Origin: an uncultured Gammaproteobacteria bacterium
GTDB taxonomy: Bacteria > Patescibacteriota > Microgenomatia > UBA12405
DNA: 58,534 nt
Reading direction: 5' to 3'
NCBI GenBank assembly: GCA_964396145.1
Contig: CAYNEE010000003.1
Coordinates: forward strand, 1 to 58,534
Shown here: positions 37,916 through 47,209 of the stretch, one piece after another
Layout of the letters: every line of letters begins with the position of its first letter
How positions within the stretch are numbered: the first letter of the stretch is position 1
The notes under the pieces: generated by a model
The model's database searches: none
What the model was told of the DNA's origin: nothing
What the model saw: only the letters and a program-made list of their open reading frames with translations
Program-made: the position numbers and the translations under genes

Positions 37916-38586
37916 TTTTTAAAATACCAATAGGGGAGTTTCAGAAAAAAATTAAACGCTTCAAAAACACTCAACCCTTTGTATTTATCTATGTAGATTG
38001 TATCAACATTTACTTCCTTAAAAGCCAGTTTGTTTTTACCAACCTTAGCTGCTATTTGCGTCTCCACTCCATAGCGAGGCTCATCCCATTTAATCAGTCT
38101 GTAAACCTTTTTTTTGAAAGCAAAGTAACCACATAAAATATCTGATCTTTGTATATTAAAAAGACCTTTAACGAGCTTTACCATTAAAATATTTCCCCAT
38201 TTTCTCACTGTTGGCATTTCTACTCCCATTTTTCTTCGACCAAAAACAAGATTAGAGCTTTTCAATTTCTTTTTGAACTCAACCAAATGCTTTGGATTGT
38301 GCTGTCCGTCTGAATCTACAAAAATTATCGTATCTCGGCCAATTTTAAAAGCTTTTTCTACTCCCGTTTTCATGGCGGCACCTTTACCCAGGTTGATAAT
38401 ATGTTGCAAAATTACTACTCTTTTATTTTTTCCAAAAACATTGGTTAAAATTTTATAGGAATTATCTTTTGAGCCGTCATCAACCAAAATCACTACCGAT
38501 GTTTTATCTACTTTAAGTATGTCTTTAACCGTGTTTACCGCTCTTTTTTCTTCATTATAAACCGGCACTACTATCGCAATTTTCAT
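37912..38586 (-). CDS. GT2 polyprenyl-phosphate sugar synthase-like protein (DPM1/GtrB/PpgS-like)
   Basis: ATG at 38586 (the track adds one TTG codon). Motifs IAIVVPVYNEEKR, VILVDDGSKDNS, NLGKGAAMKTG, IIFVDSDGQHNP and DILCGYFAFKK. Confidence 0.65.
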   Translation of the reverse strand: MKIAIVVPVYNEEKRAVNTVKDILKVDKTSVVILVDDGSKDNSYKILTNVFGKNKRVVILQHIINLGKGAAMKTGVEKAFKIGRDTIIFVDSDGQHNPKHLVEFKKKLKSSNLVFGRRKMGVEMPTVRKWGNILMVKLVKGLFNIQRSDILCGYFAFKKKVYRLIKWDEPRYGVETQIAAKVGKNKLAFKEVNVDTIYIDKYKGLSVFEAFNFFLKLPYWYFKK

Positions 38587-38604
38587 CAAAACTATTTTAT
38601 CATC

Positions 38605-38610
38605 TATAAT
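38605..38610 (+). promoter_or_regulatory. TATAAT hexamer 11 nt upstream of the 38622 start codon (possible -10 element, giving a very short leader)
   Basis: Seen in the 35-nt divergent gap 38587-38621. There is no clear -35 element, and TATAAT is common by chance in AT-rich DNA. Confidence 0.2.
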
Positions 38611-38621
38611 CAGTCATAAAT

Positions 38622-39572
38622 ATGGTTAGTCATTCAGTAATCATTCCCAATCTCAACGGTGAAGAATATCTTCCCGATTGTTTAAAATCTCTCAAAAAAT
38701 CTTTTGACTATTCAAAAATTAATCCGGAAATAATTTTAGTTGACAATGCCTCGACTGATACCAGTCCTGAAATCTTCACCACCTTTTGTCAAAAGAATAA
38801 AATCGCATATCAACTTGTCAGCCTCACTAAAAACTATGGCTTTGCTGGAGCGGTCAAGAGGGGAGTGGCTGCCAGCAAATCCGACTGGGTGCTGGTCTGC
38901 AACAATGACCTAAAAATAGACAAATTTTGGCTTAGGCATTTAGAATCCGCCCTCAGTAAAAATAAGGATCCCAAATTAGCCGCTATCACCGGTACAGTCC
39001 TCAACTACAACGGTACCCACTTTGAATCTCAGGGACTTAAATTTCATTACTCCGGCAAATGCGACAACATCGGCAACGGTCACTCCTATAGCTCCAAAGT
39101 TTTAAAGAACTATAGCTCTAAAGCTCCGTTTTACATCTGGGGAGCCTCCGCAGCCCTGACTGCCTATAACCGTAAAATCTTTAATCAACTTGGTGGCTTT
39201 GACGAAGATTTTTTTGCCTATGAAGAGGACGTAGATTTAGCCCTAAGACTCCACAATCTTGGTTATAAAACCCTCTACATGCCTCTGGCAATTTCCTATC
39301 ACCTGGGCGGAGCTACCAGCCGCAAAATGGGTAATTTCCGTAATCGGATGGATGCTAAAAATTGGTTTTATATCATCTGGAAAAATTATTCCAAAAAGGA
39401 AATCAGAGATAATTTATTTTCCATTATCGAACAACGTCTCCGCAATCTCTCTGGGCTCATTAAAAACACTCCTCTAAAAAATATTCCCAAAGATGTATAC
39501 CAAACTTATTCTGAAGTTTTAAAAAATAGAAAAAAGATGTTGGCCAAAAACTATCGTCCCACCGACAGATAA
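38622..39572 (+). CDS. GT2-family glycosyltransferase (WbbL-like subtype)
   Basis: HSVIIPNLNGEEYL, ILVDNASTDTS, NYGFAGAVKRGV, VCNNDL and EEDVDLALRLHNLGY. Confidence 0.8.
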   Translation: MVSHSVIIPNLNGEEYLPDCLKSLKKSFDYSKINPEIILVDNASTDTSPEIFTTFCQKNKIAYQLVSLTKNYGFAGAVKRGVAASKSDWVLVCNNDLKIDKFWLRHLESALSKNKDPKLAAITGTVLNYNGTHFESQGLKFHYSGKCDNIGNGHSYSSKVLKNYSSKAPFYIWGASAALTAYNRKIFNQLGGFDEDFFAYEEDVDLALRLHNLGYKTLYMPLAISYHLGGATSRKMGNFRNRMDAKNWFYIIWKNYSKKEIRDNLFSIIEQRLRNLSGLIKNTPLKNIPKDVYQTYSEVLKNRKKMLAKNYRPTDR

Positions 39573-40843
39573 TTAAAACCCATTTTTTTCATCTCTGACA
39601 CTTGATACAAATTTCTCCCATCAACTATATTTGGCAGCTTCAATAACTTCTTTATTTTATTTAAATCAGCTTCTTTAAACTGTTTCCAGGCAGTAGTTAT
39701 CACCAGACAATCGGCATTTTCTATACATTTATACATATCATCAGCAATGTTTAAATCCGACATTTCTTTTTTAGTATTCACTGAAGCTATCGGATCATAG
39801 GCCACAATCTGGGCATCTCTATCCTCTAGTTGCTTGATAATCGTCAGAGCCGGGGACTCGCGGATATCATCGGTTTCCGGCTTAAAAGCCAAACCCCAAA
39901 TAGCTATCTTTTTTTCACTCAAATCTTCACCTAGTAATTTCTGAATCTTTGACAATAAAGATTTTTTTTGAGCTTCGTTAGTCGACTCTACCGCATCCAA
40001 AATTTCAAAGCTAACTCCATTTTCATCGGCAGTTTGAATCATTCCCTTTACATCCTTGGGAAAACAAGAGCCACCATAACCTACCCCAGCAGTCAAAAAC
40101 GCATGCGGACTAATTCTCTTGTCCAAGCGCATGCCTCGGGAAACCTCGGTCACATCGGCACCTACTTTTTCACAAATATTAGCCATAGAATTGATAAAAG
40201 AAATCGAAGTCGCCAAGTAAGCGTTTGATGCGTATTTAATGAGCTCAGCATTTTTGACACTCGTCAAAACTCTCTCTCCACCCAAAGGCTTATAAACTTC
40301 AAGCATTATCTCTTCAGCTCTTTTACTCTCAGAACCAATTACAACCCTATCCGGATTCATAAAATCATCTACCGCATCACCCTCTTTTAAAAATTCGGGA
40401 TTGGAAACTACATCAAATTCACCCTGATAATACTCATTAATCGTCCGGCCAACCACATCTCCGGTACCCACCGGCACCGTTGATTTATCCACAATTACCT
40501 TGTATCCGTTCATGGCCTTGGCAATATCCTCGGCCGCGCTTTTAACATAATCTAAATTAACCGAACCATCGGGTAAAGACGGCGTCCCCACAGCAATAAA
40601 CACCACCTCTGATTTCTCGACTGCTCTCTTAATATCAGTCGTAAATTCCAATCTCTTGTCCACGTAATTTTTCTTGACAATTTCCTCTAAGCCTGGCTCA
40701 TAAATAGGAATAGTCCCTTTTTTTAGATTGGCAATTTTTTGGGAATTTATATCTACACATATTACTTCATGTCCAATATGAGCCAAACAGCTCCCTGTCA
40801 CCAGCCCAACATAGCCGGTACCAATGACTGCGATTTTTTTCAT
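39551..40843 (-). CDS. ugd: UDP-glucose 6-dehydrogenase
   Basis: KIAVIGTGYVGLVTGSCLAHIGHEV, the catalytic GGSCFPKDV and KPETDDIRESPA. I prefer the start at 40843 (MKKIAVIG, just after the galE stop). The track's ATG at 40867 is the alternative. Confidence 0.9.
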   Translation of the reverse strand: MKKIAVIGTGYVGLVTGSCLAHIGHEVICVDINSQKIANLKKGTIPIYEPGLEEIVKKNYVDKRLEFTTDIKRAVEKSEVVFIAVGTPSLPDGSVNLDYVKSAAEDIAKAMNGYKVIVDKSTVPVGTGDVVGRTINEYYQGEFDVVSNPEFLKEGDAVDDFMNPDRVVIGSESKRAEEIMLEVYKPLGGERVLTSVKNAELIKYASNAYLATSISFINSMANICEKVGADVTEVSRGMRLDKRISPHAFLTAGVGYGGSCFPKDVKGMIQTADENGVSFEILDAVESTNEAQKKSLLSKIQKLLGEDLSEKKIAIWGLAFKPETDDIRESPALTIIKQLEDRDAQIVAYDPIASVNTKKEMSDLNIADDMYKCIENADCLVITTAWKQFKEADLNKIKKLLKLPNIVDGRNLYQVSEMKKMGFNYLSVGR

Positions 40844-40845
40844 CT

Positions 40846-41814
40846 TTATTTCTTCTTTTTCTGCCATTCCCAGGCAGTTTTGATAATCTCATGTAGACTA
40901 TCATATTTTGGCTGCCATTCAAGCTCTTTTTTAATTTTCTCAGAACTGGCTAGTAATTTATCCGGATCACCCGGACGGCGTGGGCCATAAACCACTTTAA
41001 AATCAACTCCGGTTACCGCCTTTGCCGTTTCCATCACCTCTTTGTTTGAGTAGCCTTTACCCGATCCCAAGTTATAAAATTTACTCTCGCCACAGGCCAA
41101 TAAATGTTTCAAACCTAATAGGTGAGCCGAAGCCAAATCCTCGACATGAACATAATCTCTAATACAGGTACCATCTTCAGTCGCATAGTCAGTTCCGTTT
41201 AACTGAAAAAATTCTCTCTTACCCTGGGCAACTTCTAAAAGTATCGGAATCAGGTGACTCTCCGGTTCATGCCACTCTCCAATCTCACCGTCCTTGTCTG
41301 CCCCACAAGCATTAAAATATCTGAAAGCCACGTATTTAAGGCCATAAGCAGCATCGTAATCCTTAAATATGTTTTCAATCATAAGTTTTGTCTTACCATA
41401 GGGGTTAATTGGTTTTTGAAGGTCGTCTTCACTAATTGGTACCTTTTCGGGCATTCCAAAAACTGCCGCCGTCGAAGAAAAAATGATCTTATCAACACCA
41501 TGTTTTCTCATTACCGACAGTAAATTTAAAGTATTTTTTACATTGTTTAAATAATATTTTTCCGGATCCTTGACCGATTCACCCACCTCGATATAAGAGG
41601 CAAAGTCAAAGACAGCCTCAATCGGATATTTACTAAAAACTGCATCAATTTCGGCAATATTATCCAAATCACCAACTTCTAATTTTCCCCACTTAACCGC
41701 TTCCCGATGACCTTTTTCCAAATTATCAAAAACTACGGTTTCATAACCGCTTTTATTTAACAGTTTATTTACATGCGAACCGATATATCCAGCCCCACCG
41801 ACAATTAGAATCAT
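40846..41814 (-). CDS. galE: UDP-glucose/UDP-hexose 4-epimerase
   Basis: MILIVGGAGYIGSH, SSTAAVFG, the YGKTK catalytic YxxxK, FRYFNACGA and CIRDYVHVEDLA. Confidence 0.85.
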   Translation of the reverse strand: MILIVGGAGYIGSHVNKLLNKSGYETVVFDNLEKGHREAVKWGKLEVGDLDNIAEIDAVFSKYPIEAVFDFASYIEVGESVKDPEKYYLNNVKNTLNLLSVMRKHGVDKIIFSSTAAVFGMPEKVPISEDDLQKPINPYGKTKLMIENIFKDYDAAYGLKYVAFRYFNACGADKDGEIGEWHEPESHLIPILLEVAQGKREFFQLNGTDYATEDGTCIRDYVHVEDLASAHLLGLKHLLACGESKFYNLGSGKGYSNKEVMETAKAVTGVDFKVVYGPRRPGDPDKLLASSEKIKKELEWQPKYDSLHEIIKTAWEWQKKKK

Positions 41815-41832
41815 ATGTTTTTAGTTTAACAT

Positions 41833-42756
41833 TTAAAAAAGTAACCACAAACCTCCTATTAATGCGTTCAAAACTCCCAATGTTCCCAAAAAAGTTGACA
41901 CCAAAAGCATCTGTTCGGGCTGATAGCCGACACTAACAAAAAAATAGACAAATAAGTTTTCTCTCATCCCAAAACCTGCCCAAGAAATCGGTAATGTCAA
42001 AATAAGCGATATTACCGGTAAAAAAATTAATATATCCATGTAATTCATACCAACCCCCAGAGCTCTGCTTATCATCCACACCTGAAATAACCAAAATAAT
42101 TGAGCGCCAAGAGATATGATATAGCACTTCCAAATTCTGTCTTTGTGACTTTTTTTCAAAATGTCCATGACCTCGATTACTCTTGTCCATGTTTTACGCT
42201 TTAAGAATAATTTTTCAAAATCCACCCGAAAAACTATGACATAAAAAACCATCATCAATACACTTAATCCTATAAATATCCACATTAAATAATTAGGAAA
42301 ATTATATTTCAAAACTTTTCCTATTAATAAAGAAATGGTCGCTGTTGTCAAAAAAGCTCCAAAACCTATAATCCTGTCGATTAAAGTTGAGCTAGCTAAT
42401 TTCATCTTAGAAATATCTGGATACTTTTTTATTAAAGTTGTCCACTTGACCAAGTCTCCACCCAAGGCCGTGGGGAAAAAAAGGGCAAAAAATGCCCCCG
42501 AATAAGCTGCTTTGGTAAAGTCTAAAATTTGTTTAAACTTTGGCTTACCTAAATTCAATATTGCCCATCGCCAACCCCCAATCAAAACTGATATCGCCAT
42601 ATAACCTATCAAAATCGTTACCCACCACCATTTCACCTGGGAGATCTCAACCAAAAGGCGCCATACATCCACCTTCCTAAAAGCCCAGTAAATCAATACT
42701 CCTGACAAAATTACCTGGAGAATTTTCCAATTTGAAAGTTTTTTTATTATTTCCAC
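41833..42756 (-). CDS. LPG_synthase_TM / UPF0104 flippase-like membrane protein, with no synthase domain
   Basis: GTG start. Eight hydrophobic segments. Motifs GGWRWAILNLG and FPTALGGDLVKW resemble the R-W...P..GGD..R/K motifs of this family. Confidence 0.55.
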   Translation of the reverse strand: MEIIKKLSNWKILQVILSGVLIYWAFRKVDVWRLLVEISQVKWWWVTILIGYMAISVLIGGWRWAILNLGKPKFKQILDFTKAAYSGAFFALFFPTALGGDLVKWTTLIKKYPDISKMKLASSTLIDRIIGFGAFLTTATISLLIGKVLKYNFPNYLMWIFIGLSVLMMVFYVIVFRVDFEKLFLKRKTWTRVIEVMDILKKSHKDRIWKCYIISLGAQLFWLFQVWMISRALGVGMNYMDILIFLPVISLILTLPISWAGFGMRENLFVYFFVSVGYQPEQMLLVSTFLGTLGVLNALIGGLWLLF

Positions 42757-42780
42757 TACTTTGACTATACTATACCCAAG

Positions 42781-43962
42781 GTGGCTAAATTTTTACTATT
42801 AACTCATATTTACCCTCCGGCAATTGACGGTGGCTCTAAAGTCATTTTCAAAATGGGGGAGTATCTCCAGAGTCAAGGACATGAAATTATGGTAATTACC
42901 ACCGATACTTCTTCAACCGACGACTTTACCAAAAAGTATAAAAAAATTATTCACACTCAAAAAAATGTTTTGGCCCTCCCGGTAATCTCCTGGACTCATC
43001 GCCCCTTTAAACTTCTTAGTCGCGTCTTTCCTAATTTCAAAACATTGGCTAAAGGCCCCATTTTTTCTCCAAAATCTAGTTTCTTATTTTTAGTTTCTAG
43101 TTTCCGTTTTCGTCCCGACTTTATCCTTACCGGCCCTCTACCGACTCTTATGCCTGTTTATGCCAAAACTATTATCTCTTTGCTTAAAGTTCTAAAGCAC
43201 TATCGCCCCAAACTACTAATAAATGCTTCCTTTCACCCCGACGACCCCGACTTTCAGACTCCTGTCTTAAAAAATACTCTAAAATCGGCTGATTTTATTT
43301 GGACTCTGACTCAGCACGAAACTAATTATTTTCACAAAATACTTAAAATCCCCAAATCTAAATTACTACTCTTAGGAAACGGCATTGACAAAAATTTCAT
43401 AAAAACCAAAGATAGTAAACTGAAGTTTGGAGATTATCACAGGCTATTATTTGTCGGTTCTTTTGCCGCTCATAAAGGTTTAACTACCCTCATCACTGCT
43501 TTTTCAAAATTACCCTCAAACTATAAACTAATCCTTGCCGGCCAAAAAACCCTCTATTTCCCCGTTCTACAAAAAGAAATTAAAAAACTACCTCTCTTTG
43601 TCCGCTCCCGCATCTCTTTTGTCACTAATTTCCCTAATAACTACTTATCTATTTTACTTGACCGCTCTGACATTCTAATTTCTCCCTCTACTCAGGAAAG
43701 CTTTGGCTTGGTTCTAATTGAAGCGCTGGCCCGGGGCAAGCCGGTCATTGCCGCTGATATTCCAGCCTCCATAGAAATTATTAGTAAGACTGGTGGTGGT
43801 CTGATTTTTAAAAAAAATGATCCCGACGATTTAGTTAAAAAAATTCTTTGCCTACCTCACCACTTGTCCACTCATCCACTTGCCTACTCATCTAATTATC
43901 TTCGTACTCATTATACTTGGGATAAAATAGGAAAGAAACTATGCCAAAAAATCTTTTCATAA
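42781..43962 (+). CDS. GT4-family glycosyltransferase
   Basis: GTG start. N-terminal LLLTHIYPPAIDGGSKV, then ESFGLVLIEALARGKPVIAADIPASIEII. Confidence 0.8.
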   Translation: MAKFLLLTHIYPPAIDGGSKVIFKMGEYLQSQGHEIMVITTDTSSTDDFTKKYKKIIHTQKNVLALPVISWTHRPFKLLSRVFPNFKTLAKGPIFSPKSSFLFLVSSFRFRPDFILTGPLPTLMPVYAKTIISLLKVLKHYRPKLLINASFHPDDPDFQTPVLKNTLKSADFIWTLTQHETNYFHKILKIPKSKLLLLGNGIDKNFIKTKDSKLKFGDYHRLLFVGSFAAHKGLTTLITAFSKLPSNYKLILAGQKTLYFPVLQKEIKKLPLFVRSRISFVTNFPNNYLSILLDRSDILISPSTQESFGLVLIEALARGKPVIAADIPASIEIISKTGGGLIFKKNDPDDLVKKILCLPHHLSTHPLAYSSNYLRTHYTWDKIGKKLCQKIFS

Positions 43963-44405
43963 TTATTCTTGTTTTACTACTTATCTACTTATCTTCTTAT
44001 CTCTATCGCCAATTTTCCCGTCCTTCTCCTTTAAAAAGCATGAAACAAGATATCAACGGTCGGAATTTTACCTTAGAAATTGCCGATACTCCCTATCTGT
44101 TGACCAAAGGCTTAAGCCATCGGAATGAATTATGTCCTAATTGCGGCATGCTTTTTGTCTTTCCTTTTTTATCACCTCAGAGTTTTTGGATGAAAGACAC
44201 TCTCATTCCTTTGGATATTATTTTTATTGATCAAAATAATCTCATTTCCGATATATTCACAGCCCAACCAGAGCCAGGTAAAAATGACTCTCAATTAAAA
44301 AAATATACCAGCTCCCGTCCCACAAAATATGTGATTGAGTTAAATGCCAATCGGGCTCAGGAACTAGATCTCAAAATAGATGATAAAATTGACCTACATT
44401 TATGA
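43941..44405 (+). CDS. DUF192-domain protein with an N-terminal signal or anchor helix
   Basis: LEIADTPYLLTKGLSHRNELCPNCGMLFVFP followed by FWMKDTLIPLDIIFID matches the DUF192 core pattern. Confidence 0.7.
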   Translation: MPKNLFIIILVLLLIYLSSYLYRQFSRPSPLKSMKQDINGRNFTLEIADTPYLLTKGLSHRNELCPNCGMLFVFPFLSPQSFWMKDTLIPLDIIFIDQNNLISDIFTAQPEPGKNDSQLKKYTSSRPTKYVIELNANRAQELDLKIDDKIDLHL

Positions 44406-45541
44406 TTATCGGCATTGACCTTTGTTCCGTCGTCTACGGTACCGGCGTCAGTAATTACACTCTCAATCTGGTTAAAAACTTAATCAAAAAAGACCGTGTT
44501 AATTCTTACAAGTTATTTTTTTCCTCTCTCAGACTAAGTATTCCCCGGGATATTGAGAATTTAGCCAAATATCCGAACGTCAAACTCTATAAATTTCGGC
44601 TGCCAATTACTTTTTTGTCCCTGGCCTGGAACCGTCTGCGTATTTTACCCATAGAGCTATTTATCGGTAAATGCGATGTTTTTCACACCTCAGACTGGAC
44701 TCAACCGCCCACCCTTTGGGCTAAAACCCTAACCACCGTCCACGACCTGACACCCTTTTTATACCCCTATTGGCTTCATCCTCAAATCGTTTCTACCCAT
44801 CTTAAAAAAATGTACTGGGCAGCCAAAAAATGCCGTCACTTTATCTGTGTCTCCACCAACACCAAAGAAGACCTTTTAAAAATTTTTTCCCAAATTCCGG
44901 AAAATAAATGCAGTGTCATTTTTGAGGCTGCTGAAAACAAGTATGCTCAATTCCAAAAACTACCCCCCAAAATCAGAGAGAGAAAGATTTCTCTTATCGA
45001 AAAACAATATGGATTAGACCGCTACATCCTCTCTCAGGGTACCCGCGAACCCCGGAAAAATCTCAAAAATCTCATTATTGCCTTTAACCGTTTCAGTCGT
45101 CGTTATCCTGGTTCTAAATTAGAGTTGGCTGTCAGCGGAAAATACGGCTGGGGCAAGGACATTGTCCATCTTAAAAACTCCAAAATTAAAATTCTTGGAT
45201 ACATTCCCGAAAAAGACATGGTCTCTCTCCACGCTGCAGCCCTATTTTTAGCCTACCCTTCTTTTTATGAGGGTTTTGGACTACCTCTGGTTAAATCAAT
45301 GCAGGTCGGAGTTCCGGTTTTAACTAGTAATACATCCTCTCTTCCCGAGGTCACCGGTCAAGGCGGGCTTTTAGTCGATCCTAGCTCGGTTACCAGTATC
45401 TATCAAGCTATTGAAAAACTAGCTACCCGCCCCACCCTCCGTCAATCTCTCTCTAAAAAAGCCCTCAAGCAAGCAAAAAAATTCTCCTGGGCCAAAACTG
45501 CCACCCAAACTTTAGCCGTTTATGAAAAAATAAACTCATGA
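44402..45541 (+). CDS. GT4-family glycosyltransferase
   Basis: EGFGLPLVKSMQVGVPVLTSNTSSLPEV. ATGA overlaps on both sides. Confidence 0.8.
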   Translation: MIIGIDLCSVVYGTGVSNYTLNLVKNLIKKDRVNSYKLFFSSLRLSIPRDIENLAKYPNVKLYKFRLPITFLSLAWNRLRILPIELFIGKCDVFHTSDWTQPPTLWAKTLTTVHDLTPFLYPYWLHPQIVSTHLKKMYWAAKKCRHFICVSTNTKEDLLKIFSQIPENKCSVIFEAAENKYAQFQKLPPKIRERKISLIEKQYGLDRYILSQGTREPRKNLKNLIIAFNRFSRRYPGSKLELAVSGKYGWGKDIVHLKNSKIKILGYIPEKDMVSLHAAALFLAYPSFYEGFGLPLVKSMQVGVPVLTSNTSSLPEVTGQGGLLVDPSSVTSIYQAIEKLATRPTLRQSLSKKALKQAKKFSWAKTATQTLAVYEKINS

Positions 45542-46635
45542 TCATCGGTATTGACGGCAATGAAGCCAATGTCCCTCACCGAGTCGGCAGCGGTCAATAC
45601 GCCTACCATCTTCTTAAAAATCTTTACCTTCTCGACCAAAAAAATCACTATTTTATCTACCTAAAAAACCCCCCAGCCACAGATTTTCCCCAACCCCGCA
45701 GCAATTGGCACTACAAAATTCTAAGACCTCAAAAACTATGGACTAAAATTGCCCTTAGTTTTCATCTCTTGTTTAATCCCGAAAAACTTGATTTATTTTT
45801 CTCTCCGGGACATTATCTACCTTCATTTTCCTCAGTTAAATTAATACCTACTATCCATGACATCGGCTATCTTCAATATCAGGACCAATTTACCAAAAAA
45901 GACCTTTATCAACTCATCAACTGGACCAAAAGCTCCCTTAAAATTGCCCATCACATTGTTGCTGTCTCTCAATTTACCAAAAATGAATTAATCAAAACTT
46001 ATCAGCTCCCTCCTCAAAAAATTTCCATCATCTACAATGGTATTAGTCTTCCCAAAAAAGTTTATCCAAAAGAAAAAAAAGAAACCTTAGCTAAATTTAA
46101 AATTAATAAAAGCTACTTTTTAGCCGTTGGCACACTCAAACCCAACAAAAACTATTCTTTTTTAATTAAATCATTTGCCAAATTTCTTAAAAAACATCCC
46201 CAATACCAGCTGGTTATTGCCGGCAAAAAAGGTTGGCTATTTACCGACATTGCCAAAACTATCGATAAATTAAAACTTGACTCACAGGTCATTTTTACCG
46301 ATTACGTCAGCGAAACTGAAAAAAATGCCCTCTATCAGCAGGCAATGGCGCTAGTTTTACCCAGTACCTACGAGGGTTTTGGTATCCCCGCCATCGAGGC
46401 TCAAATCCAAAAATGCCCAGTGATTGCTAGCTCTATTGCCCCCTTAAAAGAAGTTTTGAAAAATACTGCTCTATTAATTAATCCTTATAAAGAAGACACC
46501 CTGATCTCTGCCTTTAAAAAAATTCTTAATAAACAAACTCGCAACCGACTCGCCAAAATTGGCTTTAATAATGCCTCCCGCTTTACTTGGAAAAATTCAG
46601 CTCGGGACTTAATTTCTCTTTTTAATCAGGTATAA
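45538..46635 (+). CDS. GT4-family glycosyltransferase
   Basis: EGFGIPAIEAQIQKCPVIASSIAPLKEV. Confidence 0.8.
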   Translation: MIIGIDGNEANVPHRVGSGQYAYHLLKNLYLLDQKNHYFIYLKNPPATDFPQPRSNWHYKILRPQKLWTKIALSFHLLFNPEKLDLFFSPGHYLPSFSSVKLIPTIHDIGYLQYQDQFTKKDLYQLINWTKSSLKIAHHIVAVSQFTKNELIKTYQLPPQKISIIYNGISLPKKVYPKEKKETLAKFKINKSYFLAVGTLKPNKNYSFLIKSFAKFLKKHPQYQLVIAGKKGWLFTDIAKTIDKLKLDSQVIFTDYVSETEKNALYQQAMALVLPSTYEGFGIPAIEAQIQKCPVIASSIAPLKEVLKNTALLINPYKEDTLISAFKKILNKQTRNRLAKIGFNNASRFTWKNSARDLISLFNQV

Positions 46636-46642
46636 TTCTGTC

Positions 46643-47209
46643 ATGGACCGACCGCTTTATCATAAAGCTCTGAACCGTATTTTAACAATTCTCTCCGAAT
46701 TTTGGTTATTGGTTCTGCGGATTGTCGGCCTTATTCCTAGTCATCTTATCCGTAAATTTTTTTACTGGCTCTCAGGAATTAAAATCCCCTTTGACAGTAC
46801 TATTCACTTGGGCGCAAATTTTTTTAGACCTAGTAGGGTAAACATTGGTCACGACACCATTATTGGCTATGGAGCTTTTCTTGATGGTCGGGCCGGACTA
46901 ACTATTGGCAGCCATGTCGATATTGCCACCGACGTCTTAATTTATACTGACGAACACAATATTCATGCCGCAGACTTTGGCAATGCCTTTGCACCGGTAA
47001 CTATTAAAGACTATGTTTTTATCGGACCTAGGGCCATAATTCTGCCAGGAGTTACAATTGGCAGGGGAGCCGTAGTCGGAGCTGGAGCCGTCGTCACCAA
47101 AGATATTCCCGATTTAGAAGTTTGGGGTGGAGTCCCGGCTAAAAAAATCACTGACCGAAAACTAAAAAACCCCGATTACAAATTGGGCCGGGCCATGCTC
47201 TTCCAATAA
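46643..47209 (+). CDS. Hexapeptide-repeat (left-handed beta-helix) O-acetyltransferase
   Basis: Imperfect hexapeptide repeats IGHDTIIGYGAFLDGRAGLTIGSHVDIATDV, then VFIGPRAIILPGVTIGRGAVVGAGAVVTKDIP. Confidence 0.8.
   Translation: MDRPLYHKALNRILTILSEFWLLVLRIVGLIPSHLIRKFFYWLSGIKIPFDSTIHLGANFFRPSRVNIGHDTIIGYGAFLDGRAGLTIGSHVDIATDVLIYTDEHNIHAADFGNAFAPVTIKDYVFIGPRAIILPGVTIGRGAVVGAGAVVTKDIPDLEVWGGVPAKKITDRKLKNPDYKLGRAMLFQ

Noticed and set aside
41833-42756. Calling the UPF0104 membrane protein MprF (lysyl-phosphatidylglycerol synthase).
   Set aside because: Only the membrane flippase-like domain of about 300 aa is present. The C-terminal aminoacyl-PG synthase domain is missing.
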